NCBI GenBank assembly: GCA_949287655.1
Contig: CASEHD010000009.1
Span: 96,223 to 160,222, forward strand
Length of the DNA stretch: 64,000 nt
Direction: 5' to 3'
DNA from: an uncultured Christensenella sp.
GTDB taxonomy: Bacteria; Bacillota; Clostridia; Christensenellales; UBA3700
The translations under genes and the position numbers were made by a program. Below, piece by piece: positions 27,951-38,017 of the stretch. The notes beneath the pieces were generated by a model. The model was not told the DNA's origin, did no database searches, and saw only the letters and a program-made list of their open reading frames with translations. Each line of letters opens with the position of its first letter. Position 1 is the stretch's first letter.

Positions 27951-28871
27951 TCAGCTTCTCTGTTCCGGATACGGGATAATCACCGGTCTTTCGTACTTTT
28001 TCGTGAACGCCGTGCGCGCGTCAGGGCTGTGCAACACAAGATATCTGTTGCCGTCATAGTCGTTAAAAACCATGCCGTGCCCGCCGTCCGCGGTATAGAC
28101 CGCGCCTTCCTGCAACCACTTGCCCGTCACACTTCCGTCCGCGGACTTTGCGACAAGCTGAACGTACTTTCTGTCCGAAGTCCTTGTCGACCACAACATC
28201 TTTCTCTCACCTTTTTCAAAATAACAGAACGGACCGTCCGTGACCTTTCTTCTCCCGCGGGTAAGCTTATAAACGTTGTCGGAAGCGCGGAACAAAAGAG
28301 TATCCGTCTCCTTTTCAACTCCCGAAAGATCTGTGGTAAGCCTTACCGCGCGTACCTCGCCGTCGTCGCATTCGATATATTCCTTGCAATAAATACACCA
28401 ATATCTCCCGTCCTCTTCGGTAAGCGTTCCGTCCAGACAGGATACTCCGTCCGGGGTCAGCCGCACTCCGCCGGTATAGTTTCCGTCCGGGACGTCGCAC
28501 GAAAACATATAAGTGCCCCTCTTTTCCCCTTCCGGCGACAGGGTCACCAGAAGCCTGTATTTTCCGTCCGCGTAATGTATCTCCGGCGCCCAGAAGTCCG
28601 CATACTCTTTTTCAAGACCGCTTTTTTTGAGTATCGTATACGGACCTTTCCAGATTTTAAGATCGTCCGACTTATATATCACCGCGCCGTAACCGTCGTT
28701 GAAATTGTAGTGATATACCGTGCCCGCCATGATATAGCCGCCGCTGCCGTCCTTTACGATAAACGGATCTCTGACCGTGATGTCGTTCAACGTCAGCCCT
28801 TCGCGGTAAGGTATCGGCCATTCAAGCCGTCTGCCGCCGACGTACTTTCTGAATTTTTTTAAAAGTCCCAT
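27951..28871 (-). CDS. Glycoside hydrolase family 43 protein (beta-xylosidase/alpha-L-arabinofuranosidase-like)
   Basis: Contains RDPFIVKDGSGGYIMAGT (catalytic Asp region), FWAPEIHYADGKYRLL and DGPFCYF. At 306 aa it is a single five-bladed propeller with no signal peptide. Confidence 0.75.
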   Translation of the reverse strand: MGLLKKFRKYVGGRRLEWPIPYREGLTLNDITVRDPFIVKDGSGGYIMAGTVYHYNFNDGYGAVIYKSDDLKIWKGPYTILKKSGLEKEYADFWAPEIHYADGKYRLLVTLSPEGEKRGTYMFSCDVPDGNYTGGVRLTPDGVSCLDGTLTEEDGRYWCIYCKEYIECDDGEVRAVRLTTDLSGVEKETDTLLFRASDNVYKLTRGRRKVTDGPFCYFEKGERKMLWSTRTSDRKYVQLVAKSADGSVTGKWLQEGAVYTADGGHGMVFNDYDGNRYLVLHSPDARTAFTKKYERPVIIPYPEQRS

Positions 28872-29031
28872 TCTTTTTACTCCCGAAATTACGGACTATA
28901 CGCCGCCCGAAGCGGCGCATCTCACTTTTTCATTTTCTCATAATACGATATCTTTTGCAAGATCTGCGCCGTTTTTCCCAAAATATCAACGTTTTAAACG
29001 CAAATATATTGACTGCGGATAAAAAACGGTA

Positions 29032-29060
29032 TTGACCAACGCCCGTTCAGAATTTATAAT
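29032..29060 (+). promoter_or_regulatory. Sigma-A type promoter of the GH2 gene with a downstream palindrome
   Basis: TTGACC (29032-29037), 17 nt, TATAAT (29055-29060). A perfect 12-nt palindrome GCGGGATCCCGC at 29067-29078 lies between the -10 and the RBS. Confidence 0.5.
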
Positions 29061-29096
29061 TAAATCAGCGGGATCCCGCATACGGAGATAAGCGTT

Positions 29097-31259
29097 TTGA
29101 AAAAAATCAACATAAACGACGGTTGGGAGTTTGAAAAAGAAGGCGTAAAAAGCGTCGTCTCTCTGCCGCACACATGGAACGGCAAAGACGGTCAGGACGG
29201 CGAACACGGCTATTTTAAGGGCAAATGCGTTTACCGCAAAAATCTCGAAAAAGCCGACGGAGTGTGTTATATCGAATTCAACGGCGCGAACAGCGTAACC
29301 GAAGTGTTCATAAATAAAAACAAAGTCGGAACGCACAGGGGCGGATATTCGATGTTCCGTTTCAGAATAGATCAATTTCTCACGCAGGAAAGCAACCTTC
29401 TAGAAGTCTATGTCGACAACACGATAGTACCCGAGGTCTTCCCGACTTCAGCCGACTTCACTTTCTACGGCGGCATTTACCGCGACGTAAATCTTATATT
29501 CGCGGGCAACACGCGGTTTTCTCTCGACGACGGCAGCCGCGACGGGATTTCCGCGGCGCCGAAACGCGTCGGGGATATCTGGGAGCTTGAGATAAACGCG
29601 AACGTGACGGGCGCGGGAACGGACTTTGTATGCGTTTACGAACTCAAAGACGACTCCGGAAACGTCGTCGCGCGCGATACCCGCCCGTCCGCCGACGCGG
29701 CAACTACGCTTAAAATAGGATCTCCCAGGCTGTGGGACGGCGTAAAGGATCCTTATCTCTACACCCTTTACTGCGCGCTCGTAAAAAACGCAAAGACGGT
29801 GGACGAAAGAAATATCCCCGTCGGCTTCCGCGAAATAGAGTTTTCAAGCGAAAAGGGCTGTTTCTTAAACGGCAGACATATCAAACTGAAAGGCGTATCC
29901 CGCCATCAGGACAGAGAGAACGTCGGCAACGCTTTGACGATAAAGGAACACGAGGAAGATATCGCGCTTATCCTCGAAGTCGGTGCGAATTCCGTGCGCC
30001 TCGCGCATTACCAGCAATCGGAGGACTTCTATACTCTCTGCGACAAAAAAGGTCTGCTGGTCTGGGCGGAAGTCCCCGTCATATCGATATATTCCAAATT
30101 GCGCCAGCAGAACGCGGAAGAACAGCTGTCATCTCTTATCAGACAGAATATCAATCACCCGTCGATATTCTGCTGGGGCATAGAAAACGAAATAACGATG
30201 ACGGGCGACCGCAGCAAAAAGCTTATCAAGGGAATCAGCAGACTGAACGACCTCGCTCATTCCCTCGACCCGTCCCGTCCGACCGCATGCGCGCAGATCG
30301 CGTCGTTAAACCCCGGCTCTCCGCTCAACAGGCTGACAGACATATTGGGATACAACCATTATTTCGGCTGGTATATGATGACGATGTACGCTCTCGACAA
30401 GTGGCTGGACGATTTCCACGCGACAAACCCGGACATAAAGCTGTGCCTTTCCGAATACGGCGCGGAAGCCGTCCTCGGCTATTACAGCGAGAACCCGGTA
30501 CAGGGCGACTATTCCGAAGGCTACCAGGCGATATACCACGAACACTATATCGACGCGGTCAACGCGCGCGACTGGATGTGGGGCTCTTACGTCTGGAATA
30601 TGTTTGACTTCGGCTCCGCGGCGAGAAACGAAGGCGGCGTGCGCGGCAGAAACAACAAAGGACTCGTCACGATAGACAGAAAGACAAAAAAAGACGCCTT
30701 CTATGCGTACAAGGCGACATGGAGCGACGAAAAATTCGTCCATATCACAGCGAAACGCTACCCCTGCCGCGTTGTCGGCACGACTAAAATAAAGGTCTAT
30801 TCCAACCTGCCGGAAGTCACCCTTACCGCGGGCGGCTACGAAAAGACGTTGAAAGCGGACAGGATATTCGTGTTCGACGACGTACCCGTAACGGAAGGTG
30901 AAAACGCGGTAAAGGCGCGCGCCGGCAGATATACCGACGAAATAATTTTGCAGGGCGTCGACAAGCTGCCGGAAAGTTACGCGCTAAGCGACGGCGCCCC
31001 GACTCTCATCCGCAACTGGTTCGGCACCGACGGCACATTAAAAGACGGCTGCTTTTCGATAAACGACAAGGTCAGCGAACTGCTCGACAACAAAGAAGCG
31101 CAGAGTTTGCTTATACTCGCCGCCGGCAACATAATCAAGAAATGGTACGTAAATCTTTTAAGACCTTTCAGAATCAAAACCTTGCTTAAAATCGCGCATA
31201 TCGACCCTCAGATGACGGATGTAGTAAACGGATTTTTACAGACGATAAAAAAACAGTAA
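29097..31259 (+). CDS. Glycoside hydrolase family 2 protein (beta-galactosidase/beta-glucuronidase-like)
   Basis: TTG start with a GGAGA RBS. The N-terminus is INDGWEF. Also NSVRLAHYQQS, WGIENE (acid/base) and LSEYGAEA (nucleophile). 720 aa. Confidence 0.85.
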   Translation: MKKININDGWEFEKEGVKSVVSLPHTWNGKDGQDGEHGYFKGKCVYRKNLEKADGVCYIEFNGANSVTEVFINKNKVGTHRGGYSMFRFRIDQFLTQESNLLEVYVDNTIVPEVFPTSADFTFYGGIYRDVNLIFAGNTRFSLDDGSRDGISAAPKRVGDIWELEINANVTGAGTDFVCVYELKDDSGNVVARDTRPSADAATTLKIGSPRLWDGVKDPYLYTLYCALVKNAKTVDERNIPVGFREIEFSSEKGCFLNGRHIKLKGVSRHQDRENVGNALTIKEHEEDIALILEVGANSVRLAHYQQSEDFYTLCDKKGLLVWAEVPVISIYSKLRQQNAEEQLSSLIRQNINHPSIFCWGIENEITMTGDRSKKLIKGISRLNDLAHSLDPSRPTACAQIASLNPGSPLNRLTDILGYNHYFGWYMMTMYALDKWLDDFHATNPDIKLCLSEYGAEAVLGYYSENPVQGDYSEGYQAIYHEHYIDAVNARDWMWGSYVWNMFDFGSAARNEGGVRGRNNKGLVTIDRKTKKDAFYAYKATWSDEKFVHITAKRYPCRVVGTTKIKVYSNLPEVTLTAGGYEKTLKADRIFVFDDVPVTEGENAVKARAGRYTDEIILQGVDKLPESYALSDGAPTLIRNWFGTDGTLKDGCFSINDKVSELLDNKEAQSLLILAAGNIIKKWYVNLLRPFRIKTLLKIAHIDPQMTDVVNGFLQTIKKQ

Positions 31260-31276
31260 CCGGGGATAATCAATAA

Positions 31277-31305
31277 GACGGCGCAGAACGCCGCGTCGTC
31301 TTTTC
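31277..31305 (+). terminator. Probable rho-independent terminator
   Basis: Imperfect hairpin GACGGCG...CGC(GT)CGTC followed by TTTTC. Confidence 0.45.
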
Positions 31306-31407
31306 TCTCCGATCGAGAAAATATATTTTTATCAAACGGTACGTTTATATCGTTTTCAGGATACATGTCCTTAATTCCGCATATCCCGACCGCCCGGAAC
31401 GATAAAT

Positions 31408-32142
31408 TCAGAGCGGCGTTTTGCCGGCGAAATAGTCTATCCCCGCTTTCTTTGCCTGAACGTGTTGCAATTTTCTGGGCACCGAATAATATCTGCCGTC
31501 CTTTTTAAATATCGCGCCCGTTTGCTTGAAGCGGAAAGAAACGCCCGCCTCAACGCATTGACGCCTGAGGTCGAGCACCCAATCGTAATCGCACTCCCTG
31601 ACGTCGACTCCCGACTCGCCGCCGGCGATGACCATATCTATCCTGTCGTCAAGCCACGGCGTAAGGTCGACTTTTTCAAGGAGCGGCTCGCAACATACAA
31701 ACCTGCTCTTTAAAGGCGCGTCAAGGAATACCGGCATGCGACGCGCGGCTTCGAGATTATTTTCGACCGTGCACCCCACGCTTACGTTATCCCAGCCGTC
31801 GCCCCAGTCGGAAGGCAGGCATTCTTTAAATCTTACTATTCGCTTTGTGATAAACACGAAATCGCAATCCGACCTTTCGCGTATCATATCCCACGCTTCG
31901 CCGCGCCAGTCGTCCGCGTCCTCAATAAGAAAATCGGAAGTAAAACAGGTCATAAAACAGGTCCCCGAAGGGTACTTGTACTCTCCGCTTCTGCCGCGCG
32001 CGACGGGCAAAGAAAAGCTCGCGGTCTTTCTGACCTTTGAGCTGTCAACGTCATGCTTGCCGTCCTGACGGTATACGTAACAGTTTTTGCACCCCGCGCT
32101 GTACTTGTGACAGCCGTGCCATAAGTTCCACGTAACTTCCAT
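31408..32142 (-). CDS. DUF5131 (phage Gp37/Gp68-like) family protein
   Basis: The N-terminus MEVTWNLWHGCHKYSAGCKNCYVY matches the family's W-N-x-W-x-GC-x(4)-GC-x-x-CY opening. I start at the ATG at 32142; the 74 upstream codons in the track ORF look non-coding. Confidence 0.7.
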   Translation of the reverse strand: MEVTWNLWHGCHKYSAGCKNCYVYRQDGKHDVDSSKVRKTASFSLPVARGRSGEYKYPSGTCFMTCFTSDFLIEDADDWRGEAWDMIRERSDCDFVFITKRIVRFKECLPSDWGDGWDNVSVGCTVENNLEAARRMPVFLDAPLKSRFVCCEPLLEKVDLTPWLDDRIDMVIAGGESGVDVRECDYDWVLDLRRQCVEAGVSFRFKQTGAIFKKDGRYYSVPRKLQHVQAKKAGIDYFAGKTPL

Positions 32143-32148
32143 AATACG

Positions 32149-32157
32149 ATTATAACA
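32149..32157 (-). promoter_or_regulatory. Extended -10 element (TGtTATAAT) 6 nt upstream of the DUF5131 ATG (leaderless)
   Basis: The minus strand reads TGTTATAAT-CGTATT-ATG. A second GTTATAAT lies immediately upstream in tandem. There is no Shine-Dalgarno. Confidence 0.4.
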
Positions 32158-32453
32158 CATTATAACGGCAAACACAAAATTTTCCCGCTCGGCTGTCATG
32201 CGAAAGAGAAAGGCACCGCGCCTTAAAAGTCTTAATTGATCCCTTAAAAAATCCGAGCCGCAAAAACGGAGCAAGCCGTGTTGCGAAAAAACTGCAATAA
32301 AAGCGCGTCGAGAGACGACTGTCTGAGCATAATGATTTTTATCAAACGAACAAAATAACAACACGCGGGCGGCGACGACTACTCCGCTTTACACGTGTAA
32401 ACGCGACCCGGAAGGGGTCGCGTTTGCATTGAAAAATTACCTTTTATATCGGC

Positions 32454-33968
32454 TTATTCTTCTTCCTCTTTGGGATTATTGGTGATATAAGTCTCTTTGT
32501 CGGTATCCGTCATAAACTTCGGAATAGTACCGTCCTCAGTCTTATCTGACTCTTCGTAGCCGGCGGCGATCTTGCCGGTGAGCAGCTGAACGTCGTTGGG
32601 CTCAAACTTAAAATCGTCGAGGTCGACGAAGAATGTATAGTTGTAAGTGTTGTCTATATAGTATACGCAGCCGTTCACGAACGCCGGAGCCAGCCATGAG
32701 GTATTTATCTCCGCGCCGCTCATATTTATCTCAACGGGCTGATCGTCTGCGCTGAGCGCGTTGACGTCGGTAATGACCTTCTTCATCAGCTTATTGGAGA
32801 TCACGTAGTAAAGAGTGACGCCCTCGTCGGTAACGTCGGCTTTAAGCACGGTCGGAGTTGCGCTGAAATTCAGCGGTTTCTTCAGCTGGATGTCGTCCGC
32901 GGTCATTACGTACACGTAAGAAGAAGCCGCGTTCGCGACGAGCACGCCGTTTTCAAGACCGATATGAGTTATCGCGGTCAGCGCGTCTATCGCGACCTTG
33001 ACCTCTTTTGTCGTATCGAAAGCGGGCTTTTCGCCGCTGAACTTAATCGCGAAAGTGCCGGCGGTCTCTGAAGAACCGTTGACGGTAGAAGTCTTGCTGT
33101 AATATACGACCACGCCGTCGCTCTCGTTAGCCGCCTTTACGAGGGTAAACGAATACTGCTTATCCTTGCTCGCGTCCGCGCCGCCCGTACCGTAAGTCTT
33201 GCTGTCGACGAGGAGCACGGGCTCGCCGCCGTCGGTCGCGTAGACCTTATTGCCGCTCAGAAGCGAATCGCTGTCATAGCTCTGCGTGTAGTAAACGTAA
33301 TCTTCGACGCTGCTCTGCCCCTTCTTGTAAGTGGAAGCGTGGTTGAAAAGCACGTCGGTCACGTTTTCCGCGATCACGGTCGCGTCCTTGTCGACCTTGT
33401 CAGCGGTGTAACCCACCTTGTAAAGAGTGGACGAGGTATAATACAAAAGCGCGTCGTCGGTGAACACGTACTCTACGCTTGAGCCCTCAATCATCGTTAT
33501 CTGCTGGGTCTCTGTGCCGTCGGTCTTAGTGCGGTAGTATTCAAGATAACTGACCTGAACAACGCCGCTGTTATCCGTCTTAGTCGTCGGGGTCACGTAG
33601 TATATCCAGTCGCCGAAGATATAGATACCGCCGCCCGTATAGCCGGTGTAGAACATCTTGGGCACAACGACCGCGGCGTCTTTCAGCGTACCGTCCTCTG
33701 CGATCTCGCTCTTCATAATGCTTCCTTTGACGGAAGCCTTGCCGAAATAGTTGTCCTCCGGCTTCGAGATATTGGAAGTGGAATCCATACCGTTGATATA
33801 GTACAGATATTTACCCTGCCGTACGGCAAGCGAACCGTTGTTGACGACGTCCGCGTTTCCGTCCGTAGTGCCGACGGGTCCCCATTTATAGCTCTGGCAG
33901 CCTGCGAGCAACGCGGTTATCACCAGCGCGACCGCAAGGATCAAAGCTATCTTTTTAGTCTTTGTCAT
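32454..33968 (-). CDS. Secreted lipoprotein with beta-propeller-like YY repeats (DUF5050-like)
   Basis: Signal peptide plus lipobox LLAGC. Recurrent motifs are KYLYYINGMD, DWIYYVTPTT, DALLYYTSSTLYKV, DYVYYTQSYD, VVVYYSKTS, VTLYYVISN and GCVYYIDNT. Confidence 0.55.
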   Translation of the reverse strand: MTKTKKIALILAVALVITALLAGCQSYKWGPVGTTDGNADVVNNGSLAVRQGKYLYYINGMDSTSNISKPEDNYFGKASVKGSIMKSEIAEDGTLKDAAVVVPKMFYTGYTGGGIYIFGDWIYYVTPTTKTDNSGVVQVSYLEYYRTKTDGTETQQITMIEGSSVEYVFTDDALLYYTSSTLYKVGYTADKVDKDATVIAENVTDVLFNHASTYKKGQSSVEDYVYYTQSYDSDSLLSGNKVYATDGGEPVLLVDSKTYGTGGADASKDKQYSFTLVKAANESDGVVVYYSKTSTVNGSSETAGTFAIKFSGEKPAFDTTKEVKVAIDALTAITHIGLENGVLVANAASSYVYVMTADDIQLKKPLNFSATPTVLKADVTDEGVTLYYVISNKLMKKVITDVNALSADDQPVEINMSGAEINTSWLAPAFVNGCVYYIDNTYNYTFFVDLDDFKFEPNDVQLLTGKIAAGYEESDKTEDGTIPKFMTDTDKETYITNNPKEEEE

Positions 33969-34133
33969 ATCATGCTCCTGTAGTGATTATTGACTGTCTT
34001 TTGCGCGGCTTAAACGCCCGCGTTTGATTTTTCAGGCATTATAAAAACCGTACGCGCATAACTTATTATAGTATATAAAAAAACAATATGCAATTATTTT
34101 ACGCGACAATTTTGCGCGGGGAGAAATCGGAAA

Positions 34134-34754
34134 ATGAAGAAATTTGCATTTAGTGGCGCGTTTTTTAAAGAGGACGGAGCGAACGAGAGCGAAAATGCGG
34201 CGCATAAACTGCTTGCCTCTCTTCTCAGACACAACGCGGGCACGAACGATAAAGAGGCAGAGAACAAAGAGAAAATAAACGTCGCGACTAAAAATAAAAA
34301 CGCGATACTGTCAGAGCTTTATCCCGAAAACCCGGATAAAAGCCGCGATCCCCGCCCTTTAAACGGCGATAATAGTTTAAACGAAGAAAACTTGCCGGCA
34401 CAATCGCCGAATAACGCATTTTTTGTCAAAAACTCGAAATCGGACAGCGGAAAAATTGTAAAAAACGGCGATTTTTACAAAAATACAGATCAAAATAACG
34501 CGAATTATAGTAAAAATTACTATTTTTTACAAAACTGTCACAACGAAAATTGCAAAACCGTAGAAAACGGGTACTTTTCGTCGGATAAGCAGCATAACGA
34601 CGGAAAAGACGGTTATCTTTTGCAAAAAAACGGACGAAATGTCGGTCCGAGCGGCGCAAATACCGGCAAAGAAACGCCGGATAACGCGGATAAAGTCAAA
34701 AAAAGCGGCGAAGGCGATTATTTTTCGCCGCCGCCGTATTATAAATTACCTTGA
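34134..34754 (+). CDS. Hypothetical Asn/Lys-rich low-complexity protein
   Basis: 206-aa ORF in an AT-rich stretch with degenerate [FY]x[KQ]N repeats (FFVKNS, IVKNGD, FYKNTD, YSKNYY, FLQNCH, LLQKNG). It ends in PPPYYKLP. I recognise no family, and whether it is coding is uncertain. Confidence 0.3.
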   Translation: MKKFAFSGAFFKEDGANESENAAHKLLASLLRHNAGTNDKEAENKEKINVATKNKNAILSELYPENPDKSRDPRPLNGDNSLNEENLPAQSPNNAFFVKNSKSDSGKIVKNGDFYKNTDQNNANYSKNYYFLQNCHNENCKTVENGYFSSDKQHNDGKDGYLLQKNGRNVGPSGANTGKETPDNADKVKKSGEGDYFSPPPYYKLP

Positions 34755-34771
34755 TTTTCAGTCTTACCTTC

Positions 34772-35473
34772 TCACTCATCCAATCCCTTTTCGTACTCCT
34801 CCAGGGAACGTTTGCTCCAATCTATCGGTTTTACTCCCTTTGATTCGAGAAACGCGTTGGCTTTTGAAAAATGCCTGCATTCGAGAAATCCCTGATAGAA
34901 AGAAAGCGGGCTGGGATGCACGCTGGTAAGCACGAGGTGCTGCGGGTTTTTCACCAGTTTTCCCTTTGCCTTTGCGTAGCCGCCCCACAGCATAAAGACC
35001 ATCGGCGACGGCGATTTGTCCAGAAGTTCAATCACCACGTCGGTAAAGCGTTCCCACCCCTTTCCGGCGTGGCTTTGCGCTTCGCCTGCGCGTACTGTCA
35101 GCACGCTGTTGAGAAGGAGCACGCCCTGCTTAGCCCAGCCGCGCAGATCGCCGTTGTCGGTGGGCTTTATCCCCAGGTCGTATTCGAGCGCCTTATAGAT
35201 ATTGACGAGAGAGGGCGGACATTTGACCCCTTCCCCGACGGAAAAACACAGTCCGTTCGCCTGTCCCGCGCCGTGGTACGGATCCTGACCTATAATTACG
35301 ACCTTGACGTCCTCGTAAGCCGTATTCTCAAACGCCGCCAGCATCTTGCTTTTGGGCGGATATACCGTATGGTTTCTGTATTGCGCGCGCAGATATTCGC
35401 GCAGCCGGCCCATATAGTCGCTTTGCCACTGCGGTTCGAGCAATTTATCCCAGCTGTTTTTAAGATCGGACAT
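34772..35473 (-). CDS. ung: Uracil-DNA glycosylase (family 1)
   Basis: Contains VVIIGQDPYHG (water-activating loop), GVLLLN and TSVHPSPLS (Leu-intercalation loop). 233 aa. Confidence 0.95.
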   Translation of the reverse strand: MSDLKNSWDKLLEPQWQSDYMGRLREYLRAQYRNHTVYPPKSKMLAAFENTAYEDVKVVIIGQDPYHGAGQANGLCFSVGEGVKCPPSLVNIYKALEYDLGIKPTDNGDLRGWAKQGVLLLNSVLTVRAGEAQSHAGKGWERFTDVVIELLDKSPSPMVFMLWGGYAKAKGKLVKNPQHLVLTSVHPSPLSFYQGFLECRHFSKANAFLESKGVKPIDWSKRSLEEYEKGLDE

Positions 35474-35617
35474 AGCAGCCTCCCTTTTTCAAAATGATAA
35501 CACCGCGCGCCGCCCGCTGTCAAGCGCGCGCATATGCGGTGCTCCGAGCACCGGATCGAAAGCGCGCCGCCATCTGTCCTCTTTGAAGTCATTCGATATC
35601 AATCTGATCGGGTAAAA

Positions 35618-35646
35618 TTGACTTTTCCCCGCCATAGCGTTATACT
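35618..35646 (+). promoter_or_regulatory. Sigma-A type promoter 7 nt upstream of the PHP phosphatase ATG (leaderless)
   Basis: TTGACT (35618-35623), 17 nt, TATACT (35641-35646), then TTGATTT and the ATG at 35654. There is no Shine-Dalgarno. Confidence 0.45.
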
Positions 35647-35653
35647 TTGATTT

Positions 35654-36472
35654 ATGGAATACCTTTTCGACACTCACACTCATTCAAATTATTCGCACGA
35701 CGGCAGACCCGACCTCGAAGAGCTGGTAAAAGCCGCGATTGCGAAAGGCCTCAGATACCTCGCCGTGACGGATCACTGCGACAGAGACTGCGTTGCTCTG
35801 CCGGGTTTCGGCTGGGTAAGGCAGATAGACCTTTCTTCCCGCAAAGCGGAGATGACCGCGCTCAAAGAAAAGTATGCGGATAAGATATATCTTGCCGATT
35901 CTCTCGAATACGGATACGCTCCCGAAGCGAACGCGCTGTACCTCGACGTGCAGAATTCCTATGCCTCCGATTACGTAATAAATTCGGTGCATATCGTAGA
36001 GGGTATCGACGTTTATTTCAGAGAATACTTCGATGCCCGCACGAAAGCCAAAGCTTACGGCGCTTACCTCGACGCGGTGCTCGCCAGCGTTGACGCGCCG
36101 TACGGATACGACGCGATAGGACACCTGGGATATATCGCCCGCTGTTCGACTTACCCGGACAAAAAACTGTATTACAAAGACTTCCCGGACCTTATCGACG
36201 AGATACTCAAAGCGGTGACGGCAAAGGGAAAAGCTCTTGAGATAAACACCGCTTCAAAGGGCACTAATTGCGACCTTTTCCACGATACGACGATATTGAA
36301 ACGATATAAGGAACTGGGCGGAGAACTTATAACGCTCGGCTCAGACGCGCACGACCCGTCAAGGCTTTGCTACGACTTTAAGAAGGCTGAAGCGGCGGCG
36401 CTATCCTGCGGTTTCAGATATGCGTTCGTATATAAGAACCATGTCCCGAACGCGGTAAAACTCAGCATATAA
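35654..36472 (+). CDS. Histidinol-phosphatase HisJ-family PHP domain protein
   Basis: Starts with FDTHTHSNYSHDG (PHP motif 1). Later motifs are AVTDHCD, SVH, GHLGY and GSDAH. Confidence 0.75.
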   Translation: MEYLFDTHTHSNYSHDGRPDLEELVKAAIAKGLRYLAVTDHCDRDCVALPGFGWVRQIDLSSRKAEMTALKEKYADKIYLADSLEYGYAPEANALYLDVQNSYASDYVINSVHIVEGIDVYFREYFDARTKAKAYGAYLDAVLASVDAPYGYDAIGHLGYIARCSTYPDKKLYYKDFPDLIDEILKAVTAKGKALEINTASKGTNCDLFHDTTILKRYKELGGELITLGSDAHDPSRLCYDFKKAEAAALSCGFRYAFVYKNHVPNAVKLSI

Positions 36473-36523
36473 AAACAGCATATAACCTACACGGACACCA
36501 AAATTTTATTTTTAAAAGCGGAC

Positions 36524-37888
36524 TTGAAAATGACGGAATACTTTAACAAACGATTTGTTTCCGATATGATATCCCTTCTGGGTCAGGACGGCGCGAAAGC
36601 GTTTTTTGCTTCGTACGCCGACGAGTCCGTCTGTTCTTTAAGAGTCAATACCCTCAAAGTAAAAGAGATAAAATCTCTGTTCCCGGACGTGGATTTTACG
36701 CCCGTACCATGGTGCCAAAACGCATATTACTACCCGTCCCCTTTCAAGGCGGGCAAGACGGCGGCGCACCTTGCCGGCGCGTACTATATCCAGGAAGCGA
36801 GCGCTACTTTCCCTGTCTCCGTGCTCGGGATAAAAGGAGGCGAAAAGATACTCGATCTTTGCGCGGCGCCGGGCGGAAAGTCCACCCAGATCGCGGAGCT
36901 TTTAAACGGTACGGGGCTGCTCGTGTCCAACGAAATAATACCTTCCCGCGCGGTCGCGCTGTCTCAGAACATCGAGCGCCTCGGCATAAAAAACGCGGTC
37001 GTGACGAACGCCGACCCCCGCGACCTCGAAAAAAGATTTTCCTGCTTTTTCGATAAGATACTCGTCGACGCGCCTTGTTCGGGCGAAGGCATGTTCCGCA
37101 AAAACCCGGAGGCGGCGAAAGAGCGTTCGGAAGACTCCCCCGCGATATGCGCGGCAAGACAGCGCGAGATACTCAAAAGCGCGTTCAATATGCTTAAAAA
37201 AGGCGGCGCGCTGGTATACAGCACCTGCACTTTCAATAAACTCGAAAACGAAGAGACCGTCGCCGCAATACTCAAAGAAAGAGACGACGTAAAGCTTGAC
37301 CCGATAGAGACGGATATTCCCCAACCGATGCTTTTCGGCGTGGAAGCCGACAAAGATACGATCTCAGGTACGGTCAGGATAATGCCGCACCTTGCGCGCG
37401 GCGAAGGGCATTTCTGCGCCCGTTTCATAAAGACGGACGGCGAAGAGGGGCGCGTAAAACCTTTGAAGAAGATGACGAACGGGGCGTTCGACGCAGCGTT
37501 CAAAAAATTCGCGGACAGATTTCTCAACGTAAAGCCGACAGCCGACCTGTTTTTCGGCGACTACGGCTACGCCGCCCCCGCAGGCTGCCCCGATCTTGCC
37601 GGGCTTAAGGTGTTGCGTGCGGGCGTACAACTGGGACAACTTATCAAGGACCGCTTCGAGCCGTCCCACTCTTTCGCTCTCGCGCTCAGACCGGAAGAAG
37701 TAAAAAACGTGCTTTCTCTTGAAGAAGGAAGCGCGGAAGCCACAAGGTATCTTATGGGCGAAACTCTTCCCTGCGACCCGGACGGCTGGACCCTCGTGAC
37801 GGTCGGGTCTCTCCCTTTGGGCTGGGGAAAGGCAAGCGGCGGCGTCCTGAAAAACCGCCTGCCCAAAGGAATAAGGATAAACCGCTGA
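36524..37888 (+). CDS. RsmB/RsmF (NOL1/NOP2/Sun) family rRNA cytosine-C5 methyltransferase
   Basis: SAM motifs DLCAAPGGKST and the catalytic DAPCSGEGMFRK, with TCT later. The start is ambiguous (TTG at 36524 or ATG at 36530). Confidence 0.85.
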   Translation: MKMTEYFNKRFVSDMISLLGQDGAKAFFASYADESVCSLRVNTLKVKEIKSLFPDVDFTPVPWCQNAYYYPSPFKAGKTAAHLAGAYYIQEASATFPVSVLGIKGGEKILDLCAAPGGKSTQIAELLNGTGLLVSNEIIPSRAVALSQNIERLGIKNAVVTNADPRDLEKRFSCFFDKILVDAPCSGEGMFRKNPEAAKERSEDSPAICAARQREILKSAFNMLKKGGALVYSTCTFNKLENEETVAAILKERDDVKLDPIETDIPQPMLFGVEADKDTISGTVRIMPHLARGEGHFCARFIKTDGEEGRVKPLKKMTNGAFDAAFKKFADRFLNVKPTADLFFGDYGYAAPAGCPDLAGLKVLRAGVQLGQLIKDRFEPSHSFALALRPEEVKNVLSLEEGSAEATRYLMGETLPCDPDGWTLVTVGSLPLGWGKASGGVLKNRLPKGIRINR

Positions 37889-37959
37889 TTTATATAACGC
37901 CATCTTCGCGCCCCGCCGGCGCAATTAATAATTTTTTTCTTCAATATTCGACAAATACA

Positions 37960-37989
37960 TTGACTTAACGCGTACGCGTGTCTTAAAAT
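37960..37989 (+). promoter_or_regulatory. Putative xpt promoter with a tandem ACGCGT palindrome in the spacer
   Basis: TTGACT (37960-37965), 18 nt, TAAAAT (37984-37989). The spacer contains ACGCGTACGCGT (37968-37979). Confidence 0.4.
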
Positions 37990-38017
37990 AGTATTATATT
38001 CTTTAAAGGAAGAGTTT

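Noticed and set aside
31408-32364. N-terminal extensions in the track ORFs (DUF5131 to 32364; also 9371-10531, 10704-12110, 19477-20121, 20189-21022, 8158-9021 and 38645-39907)
   Set aside because: In each case an internal ATG coincides with the start of family-conserved sequence and, except for the leaderless DUF5131, with a good RBS. The upstream codons look non-coding.
37889-38017. Purine riboswitch upstream of xpt
   Set aside because: The xpt leader is only about 25-30 nt after the putative -10. It lacks the conserved purine-riboswitch junction/loop sequences and any terminator, so regulation is apparently not by riboswitch here.
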